In this document: in pieces, positions 52,689 to 64,000 of the stretch | Numbering within the stretch: the stretch's first letter is position 1 | How the letters are laid out: every line of letters begins with the position of its first letter | Assembly (NCBI GenBank): GCA_043228905.1 | Contig: JBHGNT010000005.1 | Coordinates: forward strand, 7,874,001-7,938,000 | Source: Azolla caroliniana | Taxonomy: Eukaryota; Plantae; Polypodiophyta | Length of the DNA stretch: 64,000 nucleotides | Reading direction: 5' to 3' | Made by a program: the position numbers and the translations under genes | Notes under the pieces: model-generated | Database searches by the model: none | Seen by the model: the letters and a program-made list of their open reading frames with translations, nothing else | Told to the model about the DNA's origin: nothing

Positions 52689-55600
52689 TGTTGACAAATC
52701 AAGCTCAAGTTAGTTTAGTTATTTAGTCAACCATGTAACTTTGTAGTTAGATAGAATCTAGTTAGGAGTGTTGACTATAATGCCTTAAATAGGACCTTGT
52801 ACTTAAGTGGGATATTCTAGATCCTCCACTCCTAAGTACATTTAAAATAGGACTAACACGATTTTACCTATATTCTCCTCACACATGTGCACCCTTGCAC
52901 ATGAGATCTATATATACTTCATTGATGGTATTTTTGTATTTGATGATGATAATGCTAATTTAATATAGTTACTCATCCCCCATCTTGTGTTGTTCATAAG
53001 TGTATCTTCCTCTCTCACACACACATACACACACATATCACTTAATCTTCCGCTTATCAACTAATCACACAATCAGGTACTAATTAACCCGTAGTTAATC
53101 ACCTAATTCTTAACATGGTATCAAAGCGTGTGGTTTAGAAAATCCACTAAACCCACCCGACTCCGTGATTGTGTGTTCGAGACGCCGACGACAAAATCCA
53201 ACTATCCGCTACCGTAGTGCCGCTACGTAGCACGAGTAAGTGATCGAGCGAAGGAAATCGAAAAAGGAAGACACTACATCAAAATGAACACAAATGGGTA
53301 GCTCGCTCCCTAGTGAAAAGCTAGACAGGAGCAATTATTCATCTTGGGAGTACAAGATGACCCAATACCTCGTAGGCCAAGGGTATTGGAGCTACATCAA
53401 CGACGCACAAGAAAATCGACCCGACTCAAAGAACGCTGACCACGCAACATGGGAGCAAACGGTGAGTCGAGTCATGTATTGTTTGGCAACATGTGTCGAC
53501 GATCACATGCTTAGCCACATTCGAGATGCCAAGACGCCTAAAGAGGCGTGGGGGAACTTGAAGAAGATGTTCGCCACCAACATGACCGCCAACAAGAGTT
53601 GAACAACATTTGGCAAAAAGACATGTCTGTGTCGGACTACACCACCAAGATCAAGAGCATTTGCGATGCGCTTGGCTCCATCAACATAAACGTCGACGAA
53701 GACGAGATTGTTCAAGTATGCTTGGGCGGCGTCGCACAACGATTTGACTCGTTCAGGACGACAATCTTGGCGAGGGAAAACCCTCCTTCGTTCTTTGTCC
53801 AAACCAAAACCAAGACATCGGAAAGACAAATGTGCTTTCCGAATTCGGATGGTGGCCGAGGATGAGGTGGAGGCGGTAGAAGAGGTCGATTCGACCCATC
53901 ACACGAAGGGAACTCAAACCTTCGACAACAAGACGGAAGCCATCAAGGAACCTTCGGAAGAAGGGGGAGCATCCATGCCGAACAAGGTCAGCAAATGAAG
54001 CCCACAACTTGCAACTATTGCAAAAAAATCGGCCACCACGAGGAGTGCCGAAAACGAAGAAGTGAGTCGACTTCGACAAGTCGACAACTCACGAATTACG
54101 CCACCAACTCCGAATACGAAGACTATGACGGACTATTCGTAATGAGACATAGAGCAAACTCTATGATGGCCTCCAACTCCACAAGCGCATCTAACTCGCA
54201 AGACGTGTGGTTCGTCGATTCCGGCACCTCACATCACATGACATCCCATGAAGAGTGGTTCAGTGATTTGCGCACAACCGATCGACCCGGCGTCATAGAG
54301 ACGGGTGACAACACCACACATCCGATTCGGCACATCGGCAACATTCCATTCGGCAATGACGGCCAAAACAATTGCATCAAGAATGTCTTGCACATACCCA
54401 CAATAACGAAGAATTTGGTCTCGGTCCGCCAAATCGTGGAGCAAGGCATGCAAGTTCATTTCAACAACAAAGGATGTTTCATTGAAAAAGATGGCTGACT
54501 CGTAGCCAAGGGACGGAGAGACGGTCACATGTTCATCCTCGATTCGAAGGAGGTGAAATCGGCCATGTATGCCAAAGGTCTCAAAACCGAGACAAGCATC
54601 GAGTTGTGGCACAAGAGAATCGGCCACATAAACCTCCAACGGCTCCGAGCTATGCAAAAAAAGGGAGTCGTCATTGGACTTCCGACCTTCGAGTCGAAAC
54701 AAGTCGACCGAGTGTGTGAAGCATGCCAACTCAGAAAACAACATCAACTCCCATTCCCGAAGGAGAGCTACACAAGCAAAGGCCTCCTCGACGTCATACA
54801 CTCCAATGTATGGGGACCAGCTCAAACGCCAACGATCGGCGGATGTTGATTCTACATCACCTTCATTGACGAATACTTGCTCTATGCGTGGATCTTCCCG
54901 ATGAAGAAGACAAGCGAAGTGTTCTCGCACTTCCAAAAGCTCAAGGGTCAAGTCCAAAAAGAAATCGGTTGGCACATTCGATGCCTATGATCGGATGGAG
55001 GCAGGGAGTACTTCTCCGATGAATTCACTTCCTACCTCCAAAGTGAAGGCATTCAAAGAGAATTCTCATGTCAACATGCACCCCAACAAAATGGAGTCGC
55101 TGAAAGGAAGAATCAGCAAATACTCGAGGTAATACGGGCCATGTTACATGAGAAACACATGGCGAACTTCTATTGGGCTGACGCGGCATCCACGACCGTC
55201 TATCTCATGAACCGGTGCACCACTAATGGAGTGTATGAGCTAACTCCATATGAGCTCCTCGTCGGAAGGAAGCCGATCCTGTCACACCTCAAGGTGTTCG
55301 GAAGCATTGCGAATGTACGCATCCCGAATGAAAACCGACAAAAGCCCGACGTGAAGTCGCAGAAATGTATCCTTGTAGGATACTCGTCTGAGAGGAAGGG
55401 ATACAAGTGCTACAACCCTTCTACCCGAGCGGTTTGGGTAAGTCGAGACGTAGTCTTCGACGAGTCCGTATCTTGGTATGCACCAGACACAACTTCGACT
55501 CCAACTCCACTCAACCCAAAATACGCCGAACAAGAGGTAGAAGATGGAGATTGCTTTCAACACATGTTCGAAGAAAGTCCAATTACGACAGGGCCTATTG

Positions 55601-56557
55601 GGCCACAAGAGCCCCCACGCGACCGAGGCACTTCACGGCCAAGTACGACCTTGGACAAAGGCAAAGGTAAGATGCCCAAACACGAAGTCGACCACCCCGA
55701 CGACAGTGATTCAGATGCGTCGGCTTGCTCACTAGACCGTGAGTTTGGTGTACCCATCATGCGGACACCTGGAGTAAAGAAGGCGCTCACATTGGCAAGC
55801 GAAAAACTTCCACGCTAATCTAGAGCTAAGAACCCCATCACTCGGCTCAACTACAACGAGTACATGGCCCATCACTATGCCTTCGTGATGAAGGTAGCGG
55901 CCGAACAAGCGCCCAAGAGCCCCACTGAAGCGGTTCGTAACCCACGATGGGTGGAAGTAGTCGACCTTCGCCCACACACTACAAGCATTCGTCACCGGCT
56001 TCAGGGGGAGGAACCGAGATTGCCATGGCGAATAAAGCCGAAGGCCGGACGGAAGCACACGAAGCCGACAAAAGTCAAAGTGGATGTCGGACCCCTCACA
56101 CTTGAGCTTGAGGGGGCGTGTTGAGAGATCAAGCTCAACTTAGTTTAGTTATTTAGTTAGCCATGTAACTTCATAGTTACTTAGATAGAATCTAGTTAGG
56201 AGTGTTGACTATAACGCCTTAAATAGGACCTTGTACTTAAGTGGGATATTCTAGATCCTCCACTCCTAAGTACATTTAATATAAGACTTACACGATTGTA
56301 CTTATATTCTCCTCACACATGTGCACCCTTGCACATAAGATCTATATATACCTCATTGATGGCATTTTTGTATTTGATGATGATAATGCTAATTTAATAT
56401 AGTTACTCATCCCCCATCTTGTGTTGTTCATAAGTGTATCTTCCTCTCTCTCTCTCTCTCTCTCACATACACACACATATCACTTAATCTTCCGCTTATC
56501 AACTAATCATATAATTAGGTACTAATTAAGCCATAGTTAATCACCTAATTCTTAACA
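52689..56557 (+). mobile_element. Ty1/Copia LTR retrotransposon with both LTRs and a TSD, internally deleted (no RT/RNase H)
   Basis: LTRs 52689-53115 and 56119-56557 (TG...CA), TSD ATGTA on both sides, PBS TGGTATCAAAGC at 53116-53127, PPT GAGGGGGCG before the 3' LTR. Gag LDRSNYSSWEYKM, knuckle CNYCKKIGH, protease WFVDSGTSHHM, LWHKRIGH, integrase PQQNGVAERKN and SRDVVFDE. Many stops and frameshifts. Confidence 0.96.
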
Positions 56558-56997
56558 ATGTAGGTGGGTCCTCAAAATTGAACTCCCTCTAGATCAATTT
56601 ATTTTTGATACCATTTCTGAACATGCAAGCACATTGAACCCATCACTGAGTACTTTAACCACAATTGCAATGTTGCAAATCACAAACCTTATATGATACA
56701 ACATTATGTCGCATAATTTCAAAACCAAAACCTTCATATAATCATTTTTGTGTATTAAAAGAGGTCAACCATCAAACATGCGACAACCACAATGATTCAT
56801 TAAGCGCATGATTGCACCATCAATTCATGTAACACATGGTAACACTAAAGAAGACGAAAAGGAGATGAAGTATAACAAGAAGACAAAGCCAATGAGTGTC
56901 CACATACTATTCAAGATTTCTTCCCTATGTTGTAGTCAATAAATTCTACATTTCACCGCATACATACACATTTAAGGAAGAAAACCCTAAAATCCTA

Positions 56998-57180
56998 GGG
57001 AATGTTTATACATTTCATCTCCCTTTTGTTACTCAATTGTTGACTCAATTGAGCTCTCAATGGTTGACTTTCTATTGTTTTGAAGTCCATGTACATTCAA
57101 CATTGTCATACTCCCTAATCTAAGGGGAATGTTTGTACACTTCATCTCCCTTTTGTTAATTGTTGACTCACCATAGCTCT
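56998..57180. repeat. Short direct duplication (~128-bp period)
   Basis: gggaatgttt.taca.ttcatctccctttt gtt...ttgttgactca at 56998 and 57126. Confidence 0.7.
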
Positions 57181-57344
57181 CACGTTGCCAAAAATTCAAT
57201 AGGGTAGATATTTTTATTTGTTCTAATTAGCATCTACAAAATCTAGATTCATCATTCACATGATGGATCTATATTGACTATGGTATATTTAAAGAAAGTA
57301 TCATTTACCTAATTGCACCAACAAATCTATTGTAATTGGATATG

Positions 57345-57745
57345 TCATGTATGGATACACATATACATGCACATTATGAAGTACTAATGGATTAAGAAGC
57401 ATGTTGTCAAGCGATGCCAAACATCAAGGAACTAACACGTTTATGGAGAGTGTTTGCAATTTACATGTATATATTGTCCAATTTTTGCATTTTCAGTTTG
57501 ACCCTTTAATGTTGTATATATCATTTGATAGAAATTTGTAACATCAAGGTTTAGAGCTTCCTATACATGCACAATATGTACTAATGGATTAAGAATCATG
57601 TTGTAAAGCAATGCCAAACATCAAGGAACTAACACTGTTATAGAGTGTTTGCAATTTACATGTATATATGTATATAATATTGTGCAATTTTTGGATTTTC
57701 AGTTTGACCCTTTAATGTTGTATATATCATTTGATAGAAAGTTGT
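57345..57745. repeat. Direct tandem duplication, ~200-bp period
   Basis: gtactaatggattaagaa.catgttgt...ttttcagtttgaccctttaatgttgtatatatcatttgatagaaa occurs twice (from 57381 and 57579). Confidence 0.88.
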
Positions 57746-58671
57746 AGTAAGGAATATGCAAACATTAAACATGCAAACATTGAAGATGTTTGCTTTAGTG
57801 ACAAGATTAATAGATGAGAAATAGGAGAAGAAAATGAGTTAAGTCAAAGTTCTTGACTATAATCTAGCATGGAACACCTTGGCAAAACACAAAGTCAAAT
57901 GCACAATAGATAAGGTAAATGTAAAATAAGAATATTTGAAGTGTCACAACGGTCATACAAAATGATGTCGTTTGATGGAATTTGAGCCCATGACCACCTT
58001 AGGCATATCGTTATAGTTGTTTTTTCGTAAACTATTCTACAATTGTGATATTTCACATTGTACTTACTGTAGTGTTTTGCGTGATAGCCAAATTGCAAGC
58101 ATGCATAATGAGAAACATGGATACGACTAGGGGTGCTAAAGCCCACACTGCTCATTCATTGGTGTAACTCACATTTTCTTATGATCATGGTGACTCAACC
58201 CTTCATTTACATAATTATCTACAAGTGCTCGTTACCAACAAAAATCTTGACTTCAATAAGCAAGAACACAAAATACAGTCAATTTTTCTTCCAATGTTCA
58301 GATTTGAAATACAATATAAAGAAAATATACGCTAATAGGTGCCCTAAGCACACGTCAATTCATTGCTATACAAATGTGTCTAGCCAAGGAACCCAGTCAC
58401 AGCCACCTTACCGAATGCCTTATTGGACACTCCCAAATAACATGACATGATGTATTGATAACCTTTCAAATACGTGATAGTCAATGACATGATTTGTATA
58501 GAATAAAATGTTGGTACCCCGTTGCCATAAAAAGAATAGGAAAAACAAATAAGCTATGAAGCCATACACATCTGGAGGGTGGAAAATCTAGCTTTTACAA
58601 AATATTGGGGAGCTCATAAGCTTCCCAGTGAGACATACGAAATCAAGAAACATATACAACTATTTTGCCGG

Positions 58672-61131
58672 CTACTTGAGGGGTTCAAGAATTCTGAACG
58701 ACTTTACGTCTTCGTTGCCATGTGCAAGCCTTAATGAAATATTTTGTGCTTCGAGTTCTCTCACCTTTGCCCATGTTTGCTCCACTTTCAAATGTAAATC
58801 TTCCCTCGTCGCTTGACCCTTCATCCTTTCCTTCACTAATTGTTGCCTCACTTGATCCCTTTCCGCCTTCACCTCATCCAGCTTTTCTTGTAGATTCTGA
58901 ATTTCAGACACCATACCCACAAGACATGCTTCCAACTCTCTAATATTCAAACGACTGTCCATAACACATTCCCCTCTTGCTTCTATGAACTCCTCTTCAG
59001 TACCTTTTCCCACATTCGGATCCGCAACAGCGAGATCCTCATTGACGGTAATTGATGCACCTTTCTTGGCAAACATTCGGCCTAAATCTTCCAGAGATTT
59101 CTTAACGAGAACAGGAACTTTGCTACTGAGCTTTGTGATGTTTGCTTGACTTTGGTCTTGTAGAATCTCTCCATCAACAATACATGTCTCAACTGTAGGC
59201 TCGACTTGTGAAAACCCCAAGTCTGTGGGCCCAACTTGTTCGTGTGAAACCGTCGTGTGAACAGGTGCTTTATCTGATGGTATTTGGGGTGGATGATGAT
59301 TCGGAAAGCCATGCACATGTGTTGTTGCAGTGGAGTGCTGCGCCAAAGGCCGTAGGTTCTCTTGTATTCGATGAGTTGAAATGCTTCCAAGCCCTGAAAG
59401 TGGAATTTGATAAGACCCGACTGGAGGCAAACAAACACTTGAAGGTCTATGAACTTGGTAAGCTCTCAGTTTATCTGTAGGTTGAGATGCACTATTCAAG
59501 TTCCATTGATTAGGGTTCAAGTTTGGGCTCACTTTTACTTGCAAGGGAGGAAACTTGTGTGAGTTGTTCACATAGCCCACTTCATGACAGTTCTTTGACC
59601 AATATGACTTTTGCATCTCAATCAACTTTGCTTCAAGACGTGCAAGAACTATCGTACGCTCAAACCCTTGCTTATCATGAGCAGGTTCAACAAAGTTAGC
59701 CTCCAAAACACCAATAATCCCTCTCCCTGTACTTGCAGATGCATTCCACAACCTCCAAAAAGGCTTGATGAGCCTATTCTTATGATAAACATTGAACCCT
59801 TGAACATCTATATGCTCCTCAGCATCCTTTATAAACCCAATGGTCACCACAGCCTTTGCCTGACCTATGTCTTTTTGCATGTCTGGGGTAACTTGTGGTC
59901 GGTAAGTGGAGACATGGGTCAACATTAGATCATCTATGATATTGTGATGTTCAATTTCTCTACCTCTAAGGAAGATCCTGAATCCTGGTGGTAGCTTTAA
60001 GTAAAGTATGGAAGCATAGATCCTTAATGAATGCTGATATGTCAAGTAGTGCCGAGAATGAGGATACTTCTCGGCCATTGAGATCTTCTTCTCATCCCTA
60101 TTGGACCTAACCTGAATGTCATAATGATTTGTCTCGAAGTCCAACTCTAGTTGCCCCTGATCATCTTCCCAGAGATTGAATACTACAATCTTTGTCCCTT
60201 GGCTCTTCATCTCTGAAAACTGACTCAAAAGCTCTGTTTCAGTCGAGTATGGAGACCATCGTTGGATGCTCTCCATATTCTTGCTCCAATCTGCCGCATT
60301 CCTTCGAACAAGTTTCCGCAAACCAAAAGGGTGAATCTCATAGTCTATCATTGGGACAATAATATCTTGTTGTCCAGTCTCTCTTAGGAAGGTATAGGAA
60401 AGCATACCAATGCTCTGACTTGAAACTGAACCTGAAGCACCTTGGCAGCGGGAAAAAACTATAACATCAGCTCCAAGGCGCATTGTGCTTGTCTTGAAAC
60501 CATTTCCATACTGACCAATAGAGTTGGCTATTTTGGTCTTGGCAGAGTAACCGAGGGACATGCATTGTCGCATACTGTCAGGATGCATACCCCCGCCATC
60601 ATCTTCGATAACTAGCATGGGATCGTTGCTTTTAGGGTTTCTGATTACATCCACTTTGGCAAAAGTCGCACCGTGGACAGCTTCATCGAGAGCATTGTCA
60701 AGAAGCTCGGCGATAGCTCCAAGGGCCCATTTGTGGCTAGTAGCATTAGAATGCAAGAATTTCGGGTGGACACGGACACGGTCCATGCCGCCAACAACTT
60801 TCTGGCCAACTTTGTCGCTTTCGTAGTCACCTGCTTTCCAGAATTGCCGGCCAATTTTCTTAGCAGGTAGCTTTCGGTCTGCCGAAACAGCCAACTGGGG
60901 CGGAGGCACGGTCATCTGGGCGGATGTATTACTAACATGGATGTCATCCAAAGGTTGAAGAAAATCATCCGGAAGAGCACCAGCATCCATACATGGAAGG
61001 CTGTTTTTTCTTCCATTCCCATCGGCAAATCTATGCACATCTGAATGAACTTTTTGTCTTTTCATAGCCTCAGAGGAAATAGAAGGATTCATTCTCTTCT
61101 TTGCCATGAGAGAAAAGAATTCTCCTTCCAT
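58672..61131 (-). CDS. MORC: MORC family GHKL ATPase (MORC4/7-like by motif impression) with C-terminal coiled coil and an uninterrupted coding region
   Basis: QFWKAGDYE, RVHPKFLHSNATSHKWALGAIAELLDNALDE, DDGGGM, GQYGNGFKTSTMRLG, QGFNVYHKNRLIKPFW, GVLEANFVEPAHDKQGFERT and a heptad-rich tail. First in-frame ATG at 61131; the true start is uncertain. Probable 69-nt 5' intron at 61367-61299. Confidence 0.94.
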   Translation of the reverse strand: MEGEFFSLMAKKRMNPSISSEAMKRQKVHSDVHRFADGNGRKNSLPCMDAGALPDDFLQPLDDIHVSNTSAQMTVPPPQLAVSADRKLPAKKIGRQFWKAGDYESDKVGQKVVGGMDRVRVHPKFLHSNATSHKWALGAIAELLDNALDEAVHGATFAKVDVIRNPKSNDPMLVIEDDGGGMHPDSMRQCMSLGYSAKTKIANSIGQYGNGFKTSTMRLGADVIVFSRCQGASGSVSSQSIGMLSYTFLRETGQQDIIVPMIDYEIHPFGLRKLVRRNAADWSKNMESIQRWSPYSTETELLSQFSEMKSQGTKIVVFNLWEDDQGQLELDFETNHYDIQVRSNRDEKKISMAEKYPHSRHYLTYQHSLRIYASILYLKLPPGFRIFLRGREIEHHNIIDDLMLTHVSTYRPQVTPDMQKDIGQAKAVVTIGFIKDAEEHIDVQGFNVYHKNRLIKPFWRLWNASASTGRGIIGVLEANFVEPAHDKQGFERTIVLARLEAKLIEMQKSYWSKNCHEVGYVNNSHKFPPLQVKVSPNLNPNQWNLNSASQPTDKLRAYQVHRPSSVCLPPVGSYQIPLSGLGSISTHRIQENLRPLAQHSTATTHVHGFPNHHPPQIPSDKAPVHTTVSHEQVGPTDLGFSQVEPTVETCIVDGEILQDQSQANITKLSSKVPVLVKKSLEDLGRMFAKKGASITVNEDLAVADPNVGKGTEEEFIEARGECVMDSRLNIRELEACLVGMVSEIQNLQEKLDEVKAERDQVRQQLVKERMKGQATREDLHLKVEQTWAKVRELEAQNISLRLAHGNEDVKSFRILEPLK

Positions 61132-63049
61132 ATCCGTAGAGATTTTTCCACAGAGAACATGACCATCACTGCTACTACCACTGCTACTGATGTCCAAAAA
61201 AACAGGGACCACATTTATTGAGGTGCACGGGGGCCTTCCCTGCCATGGTGTTAAATTCTTCTGATGGGCTCTGTTTTCAAAAGGGGGTTGCAGAGGCCCT
61301 ATAATTATAATGGTGTAACAGGAATCATGGAAGATCAAACAAAAAGAAGGAAAGAAATAACGCTTACCTCTTACATATTTGCAGAAATCTCCAAATTGAG
61401 GACGAGTATTCGGCTGGTTCTTCTTTAACGCATACAATTAAGGAGCTTTGGAGCTTTGGCGCCTTCTCTGTCGAATCTCTGCACCACCGAAGTTGCTGGT
61501 GCAGAAGAAGACTCTGAATCTCCCTCTCGAAACCGGACTGACTCTACACACGCACAAAACAAAACAAAAAATTGCCAACAGAAACAAAATTGCATCCTAT
61601 GTTTTTCTTCTATACTTGCCCCTGCCTTTCGCTTTTTGCTTTTTTGCTTTCCTGCTTTTCTGTTCCCCCTTCTTCTACTTTGCGTTTGCGTTAGCGTTTG
61701 CGTTTGCTTTCTTTTTCCTCTTCTACTTGTGCTTCTAGGGACTTCCAGCTGTGTTGGTGCATCTTGTCCGTGGTACTAGGCGCCCGCCCACCCTCCGGGA
61801 AAGTGCCAATTCCCTGAAGCCACCTGCTTGTACCTCCCACATCATAATGCATGCTCCGATAACGATCCGAGGAACTCTTCGACTCACGAGCGTGATGATG
61901 CCAAAGACCACCGATAAGCAATGTTAGGATAATGGTATCAAAATTTCAATCCATTCCATCAATGTCGTCGTAGTGGTAGCAATCCCAATTCATTATCCTG
62001 CCTAGAAGTGTAGCCCATGTATCTATTGCCAACTTATTCCACCATAGTACAATGTTACACAAGTTGGGTTGCAACTTGCAACTTGCCACTTATAATGATC
62101 ACCAATTTATTGTTCATTTGCTTTAGTTGCTACTTTTGCTTCCAGTTTTGATTTTGGGTTTGGGTTTGCTTTTGCTTTTAAACTTCTAGTAATTATTGAG
62201 AAAGCAACAATTCATTTTTCCGTGTTGAAATCCTAGCTTTTGGAAGTGGCTTCTTGTCACCTCTTTAAAAGAGTTAAGAGTATCCTTGAGGTGCTCGCTT
62301 AGGGAGACAAATTGTCGACCTCTGTTTGGTACACTAGCTTGTTTTGTGTTGCACACATTATTATTATGCGAAAACATTTGACCATGTAATGTAAATCCAT
62401 ACCTACTCACATCTAAATGTCCTTAAATTGAGTTGCAAATGGTTTCAAAATTCAGCCTTGAATAATGTTGCAATGAAGCCCTTCTATGTGGTATCAAGGC
62501 TTCTGTTTAGGTTATAGACCTACTAGACCAATACCTCTCAAGAAAGTCTCCTAGTTAGTTGGTTTAGAACCTCCAAAACACAAACATAGATGTATGTCTT
62601 AAATATCTAAAGATCCATTTTATGACATCCTAATGGGACGTACCAGGATTGAAAAAGACAACTACTTCACAACACTAATGGCATGGGCAATATCTTGGTC
62701 ATGCACTAATTATAGCATACATTTAGGACCCAACTGGCTCAAAGAGTAAGGAATTGAAGGCATCCCTTATTTTTCTTGCTCGATACGTGGACACTTTTCC
62801 TAAAGAAAATATACTTCCATTAGTTTTTAGAAAAGTCATAAAAACTACAACATACAAAATTTTCCCCAACTCATCTTTATAAGATGATGGTTGAGGAGAC
62901 AAAACTTTGAACTCCAAAATAGAGAAAAATAGACAACTAATCTAAAAATTATTCTATAAACAGCTTCCAAGCTATTCCATATTGCTACCACAAGCTTCCA
63001 AGGTAGAGAACAATGTATTACATGCCTCTACATCTCAGTTTTGAAGTCG

Positions 63050-64000
63050 ATCATACATTCTATGCTTCTTCAAGACAATCTGAACACATGCTTTACCACG
63101 TTCCAATGCGATCGACTAGGATTTTGCATGAATCAGCTGACAACTCCGACGATGTGAGCAATGTCAGGTCGTGTAGCGAACATTGTGTACATCAAGGAGC
63201 AAACTATTGGTGCATACGGTGGCAACTTCATAGTTTCCCCCTTCAAATCGGATGTCGAGCAGTCTCGCTAAGACAACCAAGTGCCAATGGGGAGTGGGGT
63301 CGACGCAAAATTAGCTGATTGCATGTTGAAGCGTTCTAAGACACGTCAAATGTAGTAAGATTGAGGCAAAAACAATTGTCTTCGATTTCGATTACGACTG
63401 ATCTTCATGCCGAGAATGTGTCTTGCTGGACCAAGGTCCTTTGTGGCAAAATTCAACCGTAGTTGTCGAACAAGTTTGGTGAGCTCTTTGGCATGCCGAC
63501 CGGAGAGTAGCATGTCTTCCACGTAGATGATGAGGAAGATGGGGAACCCATCTCAAGTTGTTTTCATGAAGAGGCAGTGGTTCTCATCATCGCTCTTGGA
63601 GAAGCCGATTGATTGGATGAAGTCATCGAACTTCTTATACCAGTGTCTCAATGCATGTTTTAGGCCGTAAAGACTCTTCTTGAGTCGGCAAACTAGATGT
63701 TCTTGACCGGATACCACAAAGCATTTCGACTGCTCCATATAAATTTCCTCCTCTAGGTCGCCATGGAGGAATGTCATTTTTACATCTAGCTGAGTTAGCT
63801 CCAAATCTTCTGCTGCCACTGCGCCGAGCATATAGCAGAGGGTTGTCATTTTCACAACTGGTCAAAAGATTTTGTCGAAATCAATGCCATATTCTTGTCG
63901 AAACCCTTTCACTACTAATCTAGCCTTGAATTTAGGGGTGGCCGAATTAGATTTTGTAGACCCACTTGCATGGAAGAGCGCATCGATTTTTTGATAATTC
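63050..64000 (-). mobile_element. Decayed Copia reverse transcriptase remnant
   Basis: KARLVVKGF.Q..GIDF, QLDVKMTFLHGDLEEEIYMEQ, LVCRLKKSLYGLK, IIYVEDMLL and TRPDIA; stops and frameshifts. Confidence 0.9.

Noticed and set aside
61132-61437. ORF-track N-terminal extension of MORC from TTG 61437
   Set aside because: Non-ATG start, and it reads through a pyrimidine-rich 69-nt GT-AG segment that looks like an intron.

Overview
AT-rich, microsatellite-rich land-plant nuclear DNA. A fern or other seed-free vascular plant is my inference from gene style and retroelement families, not established. Eight host genes are supported: a 5'-truncated intronless MAP3K (+), an NDR1/HIN1-like LEA_2 protein (+), a PLS-class PPR protein (-), a 4-exon alkaline/neutral invertase (-), a 4-exon GRF-interacting factor GIF (-, mostly missed by the ORF track), two tail-to-tail 12-oxophytodienoate reductase/old yellow enzyme paralogues (+ and -), and a MORC GHKL ATPase with an uninterrupted coding region (-), probably a retrogene. 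The 16 kb between the OPR genes is a nest of decayed Ty3 (two chromovirus-type pieces, two gag remnants), Copia and LINE fragments. A two-LTR, TSD-flanked Copia element lacking RT/RNase H lies at 52.7-56.6 kb. Several MITE/foldback elements and local tandem duplications are present. Most worth following up: the intronless MORC with a possible homopolymer frameshift at its N-terminus, the OPR pair with a basic plus Ser/Thr-Pro C-terminal extension and an intron difference, a tRNA-like Pol III cassette inside a chromovirus LTR, and a ~525-bp almost loopless palindrome upstream of GIF. All alignments and identities were made by eye; no database searches were run.
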